From positions 1-42,958 of IMG/VR virus record IMGVR_UViG_3300012936_006732: DNA of 42,958 nt, one strand, 5' to 3'. Shown piece by piece: positions 10,425 through 18,871 of this stretch. Under the pieces are notes generated by a model that made no database searches, was not told the DNA's origin, and was given only the letters and a program-made list of their open reading frames with translations. The position numbers were made by a program, and so were the translations under genes. The stretch is from a virus (Duplodnaviria; Caudoviricetes). Each line of letters begins with the position of its first letter. Position 1 is the stretch's first letter.

Positions 10425-10818
10425 AAAATTTAATGCGGCAGGACTTTTAGTAAAGTTCGGGGAATCTGTTTTGCTCGGCAGAAGATCTTCTGCTTGCGCA
10501 AACTTAAGCGGGCACTGGTCTATGCCATGTGGAGCAATGGACAATGGAGAGGAACCAATAGATACAGCAAGGAGAGAATTTTTCGAAGAGACGGGAAACG
10601 TAATCAATGAAGAGATTAGGTTCCTGACATCATTCAAGATGAAGAATGATGGAGAATTTAGCGTTTTTTATGCAGAATCTCCCCAGTTAATTTTTCCTTC
10701 AGAGCGAGCGCTAGACGCAATAGAACATGAAGAGTGGGGCTACTTCAGGATATCAAAAGAATCCTTACCGACCCCAATGACAAAAGAAACAAAAAAATCA
10801 ATATTAATGTTAGAATGA
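10417..10818 (+). CDS. NUDIX hydrolase
   Basis: Nudix box GAMDNGEEPIDTARREFFEETG. Start reassigned to ATG 10417. Confidence 0.85.
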   Translation: MSKKFNAAGLLVKFGESVLLGRRSSACANLSGHWSMPCGAMDNGEEPIDTARREFFEETGNVINEEIRFLTSFKMKNDGEFSVFYAESPQLIFPSERALDAIEHEEWGYFRISKESLPTPMTKETKKSILMLE

Positions 10819-11849
10819 AAAAAGTATTAATTACAGGAGTAACAGGTCAAGACGGAAGCCTTATGGCAGATTATTTACTAAAAAACACACAGAATACTAT
10901 TATCGGAGGAATCAGAAGGCTTAGCGTCAAGAATCATAGAAATGTAGAGCGCTTAGAAAATAACCACAGATTTAAGCTAATAGATCTAGATGTAACAGAT
11001 CACCAAAATACAAACGAAGTTATACTTCGAGAAAAGCCAGACTACTTTATAAACTTTGCGGCAAACTCATTTGTTGGGAACAGCTGGTCAATGCCAGTTA
11101 ATCACATGGAGACAAATGCTATGGCAGTATTGTACCAGTTGAGCGCTATATCGAAATTTTGCCCAGAATGCAGGTATTATAACGCAGGAAGCAGCGAAGA
11201 GTTTGGAGATGTGGTTAACTGCCCGCAAGACGAAAACCACCCACTAAGGCCGAGAAGCCCATATGGAGCATCAAAAGCTTCAGCCAGACACTTGGTAAAA
11301 GTATACAGAGATTCCTATAACTTATATGCAGTGCAAGGATGGCTATTTAATCACGAGGGAACAAGAAGAGGGGAAGAGTTTGTTACAAGAAAAATATCTA
11401 AAGCAGTAGCGACGATTGTAAGGCAGATAGAAAAGCAAGAAAAGATTACCCCGCTTTCCCTTGGGAATTTAGACTCAAGAAGAGATTGGTCTGACGCAGA
11501 GGACTTTGTAGAAGGAGTTTGGCTAATGCTCAACAATAAACTTGGACCTAAAGACTATATCTTGAGCTCAGGAGAAACATACTCAATACGGCAGTTCGTA
11601 GAAACCTGTTTTTCTCTAGCAGAAATAGAGTGCTTTTGGGTAGGTTCTGGATTATCTGAAAAACTTATTTCTACAATAAAAGGGTCTACTCTAGTCAATA
11701 TTAATAAAGAATTCTATAGGCCTGCAGAGGTAGAAGTCTTGCTAGGAGACCCATCTCTCGCAGAAAAAGAGTTAAACTGGAAAAGAAAAACAGATTTTGA
11801 GGGACTTGTAAAAAAAATGTATAAAAACGATTACGAACTACTAGGGTAA
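10815..11849 (+). CDS. gmd: GDP-mannose 4,6-dehydratase
   Basis: LITGVTGQDGS, SSEEFG, PRSPYGASK, LFNHEG, LGNLDSRRDWSDA, YRPAEV. The ATGA overlap fixes the start at 10815. Confidence 0.95.
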   Translation: MKKVLITGVTGQDGSLMADYLLKNTQNTIIGGIRRLSVKNHRNVERLENNHRFKLIDLDVTDHQNTNEVILREKPDYFINFAANSFVGNSWSMPVNHMETNAMAVLYQLSAISKFCPECRYYNAGSSEEFGDVVNCPQDENHPLRPRSPYGASKASARHLVKVYRDSYNLYAVQGWLFNHEGTRRGEEFVTRKISKAVATIVRQIEKQEKITPLSLGNLDSRRDWSDAEDFVEGVWLMLNNKLGPKDYILSSGETYSIRQFVETCFSLAEIECFWVGSGLSEKLISTIKGSTLVNINKEFYRPAEVEVLLGDPSLAEKELNWKRKTDFEGLVKKMYKNDYELLG

Positions 11850-11851
11850 TC

Positions 11852-12451
11852 GTGAGGAATATTTCTGAGCGCAGGGATCGCGTAGTATTAATACTGTCTC
11901 ATTTCTGGACTCCGATTAATATAACTACCGCAAAAGAAGGTATAAGAAAGCTGATTTCCTGCGGCTCAAACTCGTCAGAGACAAGATCTGTTTTTGCCTT
12001 ATCCTATGGAGGAGAACCTCTCCTTTGGGAAGACTGGATTAATCCAGAGAGATCAAGCTATTACCCAGATCAGCCATATATACATTCCTGTAATGCAAGC
12101 TACCCAGTCCCCACTATACTTCTAACAACCTGCAAGTGGATTTATCAGACCAAAGCTAAACCAAATATAAGATATTTATACAAAAGATATAAGGGTCAGT
12201 GTCAAATATGTGGAGATAAATTTGATATTAAAAAAATGACCATCGAGCATATATACCCTAAAAGCAAAGGTGGCTCAAATGAGAGTCATAATGTCACACT
12301 TACGTGTCAACCGTGCAACTCAAAAAAAGCGGCGATATATCCCTACAAAGATCACAAGGGGAACGACTTATGCCCCTCAAACCCCTATCCTTTCTTTGAT
12401 CCCATGCAAAAACATAGGCCCGAGTGGGCTCCATTTTTATTTAGAAAATAA
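11852..12451 (+). CDS. HNH endonuclease
   Basis: CQICG...TIEHIYPKSKGG...NVTLTCQPCNSKK. Confidence 0.85.
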   Translation: MRNISERRDRVVLILSHFWTPINITTAKEGIRKLISCGSNSSETRSVFALSYGGEPLLWEDWINPERSSYYPDQPYIHSCNASYPVPTILLTTCKWIYQTKAKPNIRYLYKRYKGQCQICGDKFDIKKMTIEHIYPKSKGGSNESHNVTLTCQPCNSKKAAIYPYKDHKGNDLCPSNPYPFFDPMQKHRPEWAPFLFRK

Positions 12452-12452
12452 T

Positions 12453-12468
12453 TGGCACGAAGGCTGCA
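12453..12468 (+). promoter_or_regulatory. sigma54 (-24/-12) promoter of hsp20
   Basis: TGGCACG-AAGG-CTGCA versus consensus TGGCACG-N4-TTGCW. GG/GC spacing is exact. Predicted +1 is about 12479, next to ATG 12480. Confidence 0.7.
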
Positions 12469-12479
12469 ATTATGCTTCC

Positions 12480-12836
12480 ATGACATACTTCTTAAAAAAT
12501 ACATTAGACGAGCTCCTTAGGGACCCATTTCAGATTAATTCTAAATATTGGGACACATCAAAGGAGATTATTAACGCAGAACAAGAAACCTCCATAAAGA
12601 TAGATGCTCCTGGATTTGAAAAAGAAAATCTAAAATTAGATATAAAAGATTCGATACTAAGGCTTCATGGAAAACAGGAAGAGGATTCGTTTTGCAGAGA
12701 AATAGACAAGTCTTATTCGATAGGAAAATCAATGGACCAAAAGTCGATAAAGGCTAGCTATAAAAACGGAGTGGTAGAAATATTCATTGCAAGAAAAAAA
12801 GAGCAAAACAAAACAAAGGAAATAAAAATTACTTGA
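12480..12836 (+). CDS. Small heat shock protein (Hsp20/alpha-crystallin)
   Basis: IDAPGFEKENLKLDI, IKASYKNGVVEI and C-terminal IKI (IXI). Start reassigned from 12270. Confidence 0.9.
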   Translation: MTYFLKNTLDELLRDPFQINSKYWDTSKEIINAEQETSIKIDAPGFEKENLKLDIKDSILRLHGKQEEDSFCREIDKSYSIGKSMDQKSIKASYKNGVVEIFIARKKEQNKTKEIKIT

Positions 12837-12861
12837 CTTTATATTGAAGATGTGTTATAAT
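12833..12861 (+). promoter_or_regulatory. Near-consensus sigma70 promoter
   Basis: TTGACT-17 nt-TATAAT with TGn extension, 13 nt before ATG 12875. Confidence 0.85.
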
Positions 12862-12874
12862 AGTGTTCTTTATT

Positions 12875-13528
12875 ATGAAGACAATAAAATTAATTACTAC
12901 TGCCCTTTTGGGCTTTATTATTAACGCAGCCTACGCAGGGGATTACTCCCTAGGCACATCCTATGTTTCAGATTATTTTGAAGAAGGATTGAGGAAAGCA
13001 GGTGAGTCCGTACAGGTCTCTCTTGGAGCAGAAGGAACCCTCGCAGGTTTAAACTATTCAGCCGGAGCTTTCACCAATCAGTCAATTGATTCTGGCTCGG
13101 ATACATATATTCTAAGCGGAGGCCTCTCCAAGAGTTTCGCAGACGAACTTATTTCTGCTTATGTAGGTCTTGAGCATACAGAAGACGTAGCAGGAGAAGC
13201 TGTGCAGGAAGTAGGCCTAACCTTAAGCTTTAGCACTTTGCTATCGCCTACAGTATCTCTCTCGAGAAACCTCGAAGAAAGCCTTTTTAACTATGAGCTT
13301 TCCTTGTCTCACTCGCTAGATGTAAAGTTGGCATCTTTGGATCTTATGGGCGCATTGGGTAATGTAGAATCGACTCAAAGCGTAGATACAGATTATTATA
13401 TTATTGGCGCAGCGCTTTCCAAAAGCGTTTCTGACAATTCTTCTATTTCCGTAGGTCTAGTAAGAGTAGACTCGGAGTCCACAGAAGAAGAGTATGTATC
13501 TAGCGTAGGAATTTCAACCAAATTCTAA
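12875..13528 (+). CDS. Outer-membrane beta-barrel protein (TorF/TIGR02001-like putative porin)
   Basis: Sec signal ending AYA, alternating amphipathic strands, SDYFEEG near the N-terminus and C-terminal Phe (VGISTKF). The family assignment is tentative. Confidence 0.7.
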   Translation: MKTIKLITTALLGFIINAAYAGDYSLGTSYVSDYFEEGLRKAGESVQVSLGAEGTLAGLNYSAGAFTNQSIDSGSDTYILSGGLSKSFADELISAYVGLEHTEDVAGEAVQEVGLTLSFSTLLSPTVSLSRNLEESLFNYELSLSHSLDVKLASLDLMGALGNVESTQSVDTDYYIIGAALSKSVSDNSSISVGLVRVDSESTEEEYVSSVGISTKF

Positions 13529-13532
13529 TTTT

Positions 13533-13775
13533 ATGAAAAATACAATCGATACGATTAAAACGTACGCAGGAGGAGTCACCAGTGTTCTCCTTTCTGTTAT
13601 CGGCCTTCTGGTCGTCACTCAGGTCGTCTTCGGCGACGGAGCACCTATTAACGTAATTGGCAATCTGCAGAGCGTTGTCCAAGGCTTTGTCGGAGCAGAA
13701 GCGAGTCTTGCAGGGATTATTACCCTACTTCTCCTAATCGCACTACTCAAGCCTCTTTCTTCGGAAAAAAGCTAG
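13533..13775 (+). CDS. Small 2-TM membrane protein
   Basis: Two hydrophobic helices. Lies 4 nt after the beta-barrel gene and is followed by a terminator. Confidence 0.75.
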   Translation: MKNTIDTIKTYAGGVTSVLLSVIGLLVVTQVVFGDGAPINVIGNLQSVVQGFVGAEASLAGIITLLLLIALLKPLSSEKS

Positions 13776-13798
13776 TTTAAAAGCGAAGACAATCAATT

Positions 13799-13822
13799 AA
13801 GCCGCCTTCGGGCGGCTTTTTT
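13799..13822 (+). terminator. Intrinsic terminator with C(UUCG)G tetraloop
   Basis: AAGCCGCC-TTCG-GGCGGCTT followed by TTTT. Confidence 0.9.
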
Positions 13823-13833
13823 GTGTATTTATC

Positions 13834-13862
13834 TTGACAATAGAACAATAATCATGTATTAT
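13834..13862 (+). promoter_or_regulatory. sigma70-type promoter
   Basis: TTGACA-17 nt-TATTAT, 4 nt before ATG 13867. Confidence 0.7.
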
Positions 13863-13866
13863 TAAT

Positions 13867-13938
13867 ATGAAAAAAACTTTCGCAATAGAGCTTCTAATAA
13901 TCCTAGTGATTACTTTATTGCTATTCAGTGCATTATGA
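13867..13938 (+). CDS. 23-aa single-TM micropeptide (not in the ORF track)
   Basis: MKKTFAIELLIILVITLLLFSAL*. Directly follows the promoter and overlaps the next gene as ATGA. Confidence 0.5.
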   Translation: MKKTFAIELLIILVITLLLFSAL

Positions 13939-15974
13939 AAAAATTATTTAAAATCATATTTTTTATTTTACCTCTTTATTGCTTTGGAGGAAAGCTTTCT
14001 TTTAATAACGGAAAAATAATTGAAGCAGAAATACTAGAGGCCAACGAAACTCATATTGTAATCGCACGAGCCAGCGATCTCCAACAATTTAGGTTTAAAA
14101 TTTCCATGCTGACAAAAGATTCGCAAAAGCAAGTTGAACTTTATCATTCAAAGGGAAGATACAGCAGGATACCACCAGCAAAAATACCCCTAGAACAAAG
14201 AGCTTTAGACCAACACGTTAAATACATTGACTCTCTAATAGATGAAAACCTTAGAAGCAAAAGGCTGCCAAAAACAAGGGAGTTAGACGACTATGCATAC
14301 GCAAGAAGAATATATCTTACGACAATAGGTAGAATTCCAACAGAAAAAGAACTTCTAGAATTTACAAAAGATAGATCCTCTAACAAAAAAGATAAAATTA
14401 TACAAAAGCTTTTAAATTCAAATGGATATGTAAATCATCAACTTAATTGGTGGAGCGACATGCTTAGAATAAAAGATAGAATTAACGGAACAAATATTAA
14501 TGTAGGATCTGTATATAGATCTTGGCTGAGAAATGCAATAGCCGAAAATAAACCTTATGATCAAATTGTAAGAGAATTATTATCCAGTAACGGTAAGCTT
14601 CTAGAAGGAGGAGAAGCGATAAGCTATTATCTCAGAGATAGAGGAATGCAAGAAGACAATCTTTCTCACACTATCAGAATATTTTTAGGAACTCAACTTG
14701 AGTGTGCCATGTGCCATGATCACCCATTCGACAGATGGACACAAAAAGAATTTTATGAAATGACTGCATTTACATCTGGCATAGGAAATGTTCGACTTAG
14801 AGAAGGAGGAAAAGCTATAGGCGAATTAAGTAGAGCCATAAATGCAGACGGAGACCCAAAGGCTGGACTATTTAATAATTGGAGAAATATAGTAAGAGAT
14901 TCTATTCAGTTTGGAATAGAAAACAACGGAACAGGAGAAATAAAACTTCCTAGAGATTTCGCAGAAGATAATGGCAACCCAGGAGACACGGTTTACGCAA
15001 AAGCAATTTTTACCCCAGAGCCCACCAAAGAAACCCGAGGTGAAAGCAGAAAAGTTTTTGCAGATTGGCTAACAAGCAAAGATAACCCAAGATTTACTAC
15101 CATGATCGCTAATAGAATATGGAAACAAATTTTTGGCGCAGGACTTATAGAACCAATTGACTCAATGATGGACGACACACTTGCAAGCAACGAAAAACTT
15201 ATGAAATATTTAGAACGATTAATTGTTAGCGTGAATTACGACTTAAGAGAATACCAGAGGGTCTTACTAAACACAAAACTATTTCAAAGAGAAAGCAAAA
15301 AAGAAGACTACAAAAGCCTTGAAGAATATAACTTTGAAGGCCCTATTTTAAGAAGAATGACCGGAGAGCAATTATGGGACTCTTTAGTTACCTTGGTATA
15401 TAATAATATCGACTCAAAAGACAGAGTTTATTTGCATAACCAACAGGACTACAGGCCTATATATAATCGATACAAGGATATGACGGGGCAAGAAATTTAC
15501 TCAGATTTTAAACAGCTCGCCTCTGAAAATGACGGCAATAGAAATCTTCTTGGGATTATCTATTCTGGCTCTGAGAGTGAAAAACAAAAGCCAATCAAAG
15601 ATAGAAATCTAGTCAGAAGTAGCTACCTTCAATATCCAGCGCCTGGAGGCCATTTAATTAGGCAATTTGGCGGCAGTGACAAAGAGCAGATAGACAACAG
15701 CAATTCAGAACCAAACACAACTCAAGTATTAAACCTGCTTAACGGATTTGTAGAATCAAATATTTTAAACAAAAAAGACGCAGATTTCATTGAAAGTATG
15801 CAATCAGAAGGTATTATCAATAACCAAATAGAAAGCGCATTCATGTCAATACTATCAAGAAAACCAACATCTAAAGAATTGTCTGTTCTTAAAGGCTTTA
15901 TTAAAGAAAAAGATGGATTCAAGCATGTTTCTTGGATCCTATTAAATAGCCACGAGTTTATCTTTATAAAATAA
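13935..15974 (+). CDS. Exported DUF1549/DUF1553 (PSD1-type) protein with CxxCH heme-c motif
   Basis: Signal peptide, YARRIYLTTIGRIPT, WWSDMLR, NKPYDQIVRELL, CAMCHDHPFD, ANRIWKQIFGAGL, RRMTGEQLWDSL, WILLNSHEFIF. Confidence 0.9.
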   Translation: MKKLFKIIFFILPLYCFGGKLSFNNGKIIEAEILEANETHIVIARASDLQQFRFKISMLTKDSQKQVELYHSKGRYSRIPPAKIPLEQRALDQHVKYIDSLIDENLRSKRLPKTRELDDYAYARRIYLTTIGRIPTEKELLEFTKDRSSNKKDKIIQKLLNSNGYVNHQLNWWSDMLRIKDRINGTNINVGSVYRSWLRNAIAENKPYDQIVRELLSSNGKLLEGGEAISYYLRDRGMQEDNLSHTIRIFLGTQLECAMCHDHPFDRWTQKEFYEMTAFTSGIGNVRLREGGKAIGELSRAINADGDPKAGLFNNWRNIVRDSIQFGIENNGTGEIKLPRDFAEDNGNPGDTVYAKAIFTPEPTKETRGESRKVFADWLTSKDNPRFTTMIANRIWKQIFGAGLIEPIDSMMDDTLASNEKLMKYLERLIVSVNYDLREYQRVLLNTKLFQRESKKEDYKSLEEYNFEGPILRRMTGEQLWDSLVTLVYNNIDSKDRVYLHNQQDYRPIYNRYKDMTGQEIYSDFKQLASENDGNRNLLGIIYSGSESEKQKPIKDRNLVRSSYLQYPAPGGHLIRQFGGSDKEQIDNSNSEPNTTQVLNLLNGFVESNILNKKDADFIESMQSEGIINNQIESAFMSILSRKPTSKELSVLKGFIKEKDGFKHVSWILLNSHEFIFIK

Positions 15975-15979
15975 GTGTA
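15975..15979 (+). promoter_or_regulatory. GTGTA motif (putative late promoter)
   Basis: GTGTA-9 nt-ATG(15989). Confidence 0.55.
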
Positions 15980-15988
15980 TATCATATT

Positions 15989-17155
15989 ATGAAAAATCCA
16001 GAATACGAAGTTAATCTTACAGAAAAAATTAAAACCAGGCTCCTAGAAGAAGAAGGTTTCGAGGAAATCATTTCAGATGAATCTTGGGCCGCAGAGAAAA
16101 ACAAAGGCAAAAAGTTAAACAAACCTTTTAGAACGCCTGGAGGGCCGAAAAAGTTTTCTGTTTATGTAAAAAACGATAAAGGCAATGTAGTAAAGGTTAA
16201 CTTTGGAGACCCCAAGATGGAAATAAAGCGAGATGATCCCGCTCGAAGAAAAAGCTTTAGGGCAAGACATGGGTGCGATAATCCAGGGCCAAAGACAAAA
16301 GCAAAGTATTGGTCTTGCAAAATGTGGTCCAAGAAAAGCGTAACAAAAGTAACTAAAGGGTCCGAAGAAGAACTCGAAGAAGCTCTCGCAAAATATATGG
16401 ATGAATCAGAGTCAAAAAGACCTGGTCCGAAAAGCGGGGCGCAGACCCCCGCGAAGCCTTCAGAAAAGAAAAAAGGTTCCTCAAAGAATAAACCTGGAAG
16501 CGCTGGAGAAAAAGGGTCAAAAATTACTTTCTCCGAAAAAGTTATCACTTCTCTAAAATCAAAAGTTGCAGAGCACAATAAAAAACATCCCTCCAAAAAA
16601 GTAACCCTGGGTCAACTCAAAAAAGTATATAGAAGAGGGGCTGGAGCATTTTCCAGTTCTCATAGGCCAGGAATGACTAGAGGTGGATGGGCAATGGCTA
16701 GAGTAAATATGTTTCTAAAAATGAAAAGAGGTGGCAAAGTCAAAGAAAGTTATAGAAAAGCAGATCAAGACATTTCAAAATCTTCAGAAATTGAAGCTGA
16801 AGCTGCACACCGCAAAGACAAAGAAAAGAATAAGGAGAAAAAATCTTACTCGAGTCTTTGGGAAAATATACGCAACAAGAAAAAGCGTATGGGCAAAAAC
16901 TATAAGCCCGCCAAGCCAGGAGACAAAGATCGCCCTGAAAAAAAAGCTTGGGATAAAGCAAAGTCTTCAGAAGAAGACGAAAAAAAGAATTTCAAACCTC
17001 ATAAAATGTATGACCCTAAAACGGGAAAAGCTTATGACGCAAAAACATACGAAGATCATTTGAAAATGAAAAAGATGGGATACACCCATGAAGGCCCCAA
17101 AGAAAAAAGTGAGGCCTATAAAAGCTCAAAGAAAAACAAAAAAAAAGGTTATTAA
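15989..17155 (+). CDS. Very basic Lys-rich modular phage protein (possible internal head / DNA-condensing protein)
   Basis: Short modules (KVNFGDP...RRKSFRARHGC...YWSC; LKKVYRRGAGAF...WAMARVNMF; FKPHKMYDPKTG) separated by K/E/S-rich linkers. Confidence 0.65.
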   Translation: MKNPEYEVNLTEKIKTRLLEEEGFEEIISDESWAAEKNKGKKLNKPFRTPGGPKKFSVYVKNDKGNVVKVNFGDPKMEIKRDDPARRKSFRARHGCDNPGPKTKAKYWSCKMWSKKSVTKVTKGSEEELEEALAKYMDESESKRPGPKSGAQTPAKPSEKKKGSSKNKPGSAGEKGSKITFSEKVITSLKSKVAEHNKKHPSKKVTLGQLKKVYRRGAGAFSSSHRPGMTRGGWAMARVNMFLKMKRGGKVKESYRKADQDISKSSEIEAEAAHRKDKEKNKEKKSYSSLWENIRNKKKRMGKNYKPAKPGDKDRPEKKAWDKAKSSEEDEKKNFKPHKMYDPKTGKAYDAKTYEDHLKMKKMGYTHEGPKEKSEAYKSSKKNKKKGY

Positions 17156-17156
17156 A

Positions 17157-18419
17157 ATGGAAGAGTTAAGTCGCCGAGCATTCGCAGGTCAAATGGCAAA
17201 AAGTTGCCTTGGAGTAAGTGCGCTAATTTATGGAAACGAATTATATTCTCTGTCAAATAGAGCGCCAACCGCAAGACACGTTATATTTTTAAATATGACA
17301 GGGGGAATGACCCACATTGATACATTTGACCCAAAACCAGAAACCCCAGAAGTAATGGGTGAAACCTCAGCAATAAATACCTCTGCAGATGGCATTCAAC
17401 TTGGTAACTGGTTGCCAAAAACAGCGCAACAGATGCATTTAGCATCTCTAGTAAGGTCTGTCAATAGTAATCAAGGTGCACATGAACAAGCAAACTATTT
17501 ACTTCATACAAGCTACCAAAAAAGAGGAACGATCATTCACCCCAGTATGGGTAGCTGGATAAGCAAGTTGTGTGGAAAATTAAACAGAAGTCTTCCAGAC
17601 AATGTAAAAATCAACGGGGGAAGTGGAATTATAGGCGCTGGCTATTTCGAAAGCAAGCATGGCCCACTTCCTCTCGGCAACCCGAATGCTGGAATACAAA
17701 ATGTAAAAAAATCTGAATACGTAAACGAAGATATGTACAAAAAAAGACTTGAGGCATCAAATCTTTTTAATAAAGCATTCAATTATGATTTCCCGCAAAA
17801 ACAAGTAAGAGCTTATACAGACCTTTATGATGACGCGATCAAGCTTATGAAAAGTAAAGACCTTGAATCCTTTGATTTAACAAAAGAACCTGAAAAACTT
17901 AGAGAAGAATATGGAAACAATAACTTTGGGCAAGGCTGCTTGCTTGCAAGGAGACTTATTGAAAATAAAGTTAGATTTGTAGAAGTATCATACGGAGGCT
18001 GGGATATGCATAATGATGTTTTTGGCAATATGGAAACAAGAGGAGCCACACTAGATTCGGGGCTTAGTAGTCTTCTAAAAGATTTAAATGTAAGAGGTTT
18101 ACTGTCTGAAACTATGATTGTAGTAGCTAGTGAATTTGGAAGAACGCCAGAAGTTAAAGCTGGAAGAGTTGGCAGAGATCACCACCCATCTGCATTTAGT
18201 GTTTTATTCGCGGGAGGCGGAATCAAGCAAGGGTTCGTACATGGAGTTTCTGACAAAAGAGCCCACTATGTAGAAGAAGGCGGAGTAGACATCGAATCAA
18301 TAAATGCTACAATAGCCTATGCTATGGGCTTGAGTGTAGAAAAAATTACATACTCTCCAAGCGGAAGGCCATTCAAAGTATCGAACGGAAAACCTCCAAT
18401 ATTCGAGATTCTATCTTAA
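17157..18419 (+). CDS. DUF1501 protein (alkaline phosphatase/sulfatase-like fold) with Tat signal
   Basis: Start reassigned to MEELSRRAF (twin-Arg). Motifs GGMTHIDTFDPK, FGQGCLLARRLIE, GWDMH, SEFGRTP, GRDHH. Confidence 0.9.
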   Translation: MEELSRRAFAGQMAKSCLGVSALIYGNELYSLSNRAPTARHVIFLNMTGGMTHIDTFDPKPETPEVMGETSAINTSADGIQLGNWLPKTAQQMHLASLVRSVNSNQGAHEQANYLLHTSYQKRGTIIHPSMGSWISKLCGKLNRSLPDNVKINGGSGIIGAGYFESKHGPLPLGNPNAGIQNVKKSEYVNEDMYKKRLEASNLFNKAFNYDFPQKQVRAYTDLYDDAIKLMKSKDLESFDLTKEPEKLREEYGNNNFGQGCLLARRLIENKVRFVEVSYGGWDMHNDVFGNMETRGATLDSGLSSLLKDLNVRGLLSETMIVVASEFGRTPEVKAGRVGRDHHPSAFSVLFAGGGIKQGFVHGVSDKRAHYVEEGGVDIESINATIAYAMGLSVEKITYSPSGRPFKVSNGKPPIFEILS

Positions 18420-18431
18420 AATATTTTAGCT

Positions 18432-18587
18432 ATGACCCAGTCACAGTTGATTACCATTTGGTATGAAAATTTTTGCATACTTAAAAAAAAGCCTGAAATT
18501 AGCTATGCAACATTTGCCTCTTTGATGAAGAAAAATAATTATGACATGAGCAAGTCTATTAAAGAATTCAAAGATAGATACTGTTAA
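18432..18587 (+). CDS. 51-aa hypothetical protein (not in the ORF track)
   Basis: MTQSQLITIWYENF...KDRYC*. Fills the gap, and its stop overlaps the convergent gene's stop (TTAA). Confidence 0.5.
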   Translation: MTQSQLITIWYENFCILKKKPEISYATFASLMKKNNYDMSKSIKEFKDRYC

Positions 18588-18871
18588 GAATCTATCTTAT
18601 TTGCAGCTTCCTGTATTAAATCTAATATAGAATCGAAAAACCAGCACAAAGCCGCAGAGCTTAAAGGTAGAAATATAAGTTTATTATTTGTTTCTATATA
18701 GTAGGAAATAACTGCTATCATAATCCCGCACCAAAAACCTAAGCATAAGCTACAGTTAAAAAGCTCCCTGAAAATCTTAAATCTACATATTGATTTTCTA
18801 GGTGAATTTAATATAGATCCATACCTTAATATCCACATTAATCCTATACAGGATATAAACTCAATTATCAT
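18584..18871 (-). CDS. Small membrane protein with CxxC (DUF1360-like)
   Basis: ELFNCSLCLGFWCG flanked by hydrophobic helices. Confidence 0.6.
   Translation of the reverse strand: MIIEFISCIGLMWILRYGSILNSPRKSICRFKIFRELFNCSLCLGFWCGIMIAVISYYIETNNKLIFLPLSSAALCWFFDSILDLIQEAANKIDS

Noticed and set aside
12270-12479. N-terminal extension of Hsp20
   Set aside because: It overlaps the HNH gene and runs through the sigma54 site. ATG 12480 gives a normal-sized sHsp.
13823-13827. GTGTA right after the UUCG terminator
   Set aside because: No ATG at 9-12 nt. It could be a leadered late promoter but is unsupported, so it was not counted.
16731-17063. 110-aa alternative-frame ORF suggesting a frameshift
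   Set aside because: Explained by A-rich low-complexity sequence inside an intact gene.
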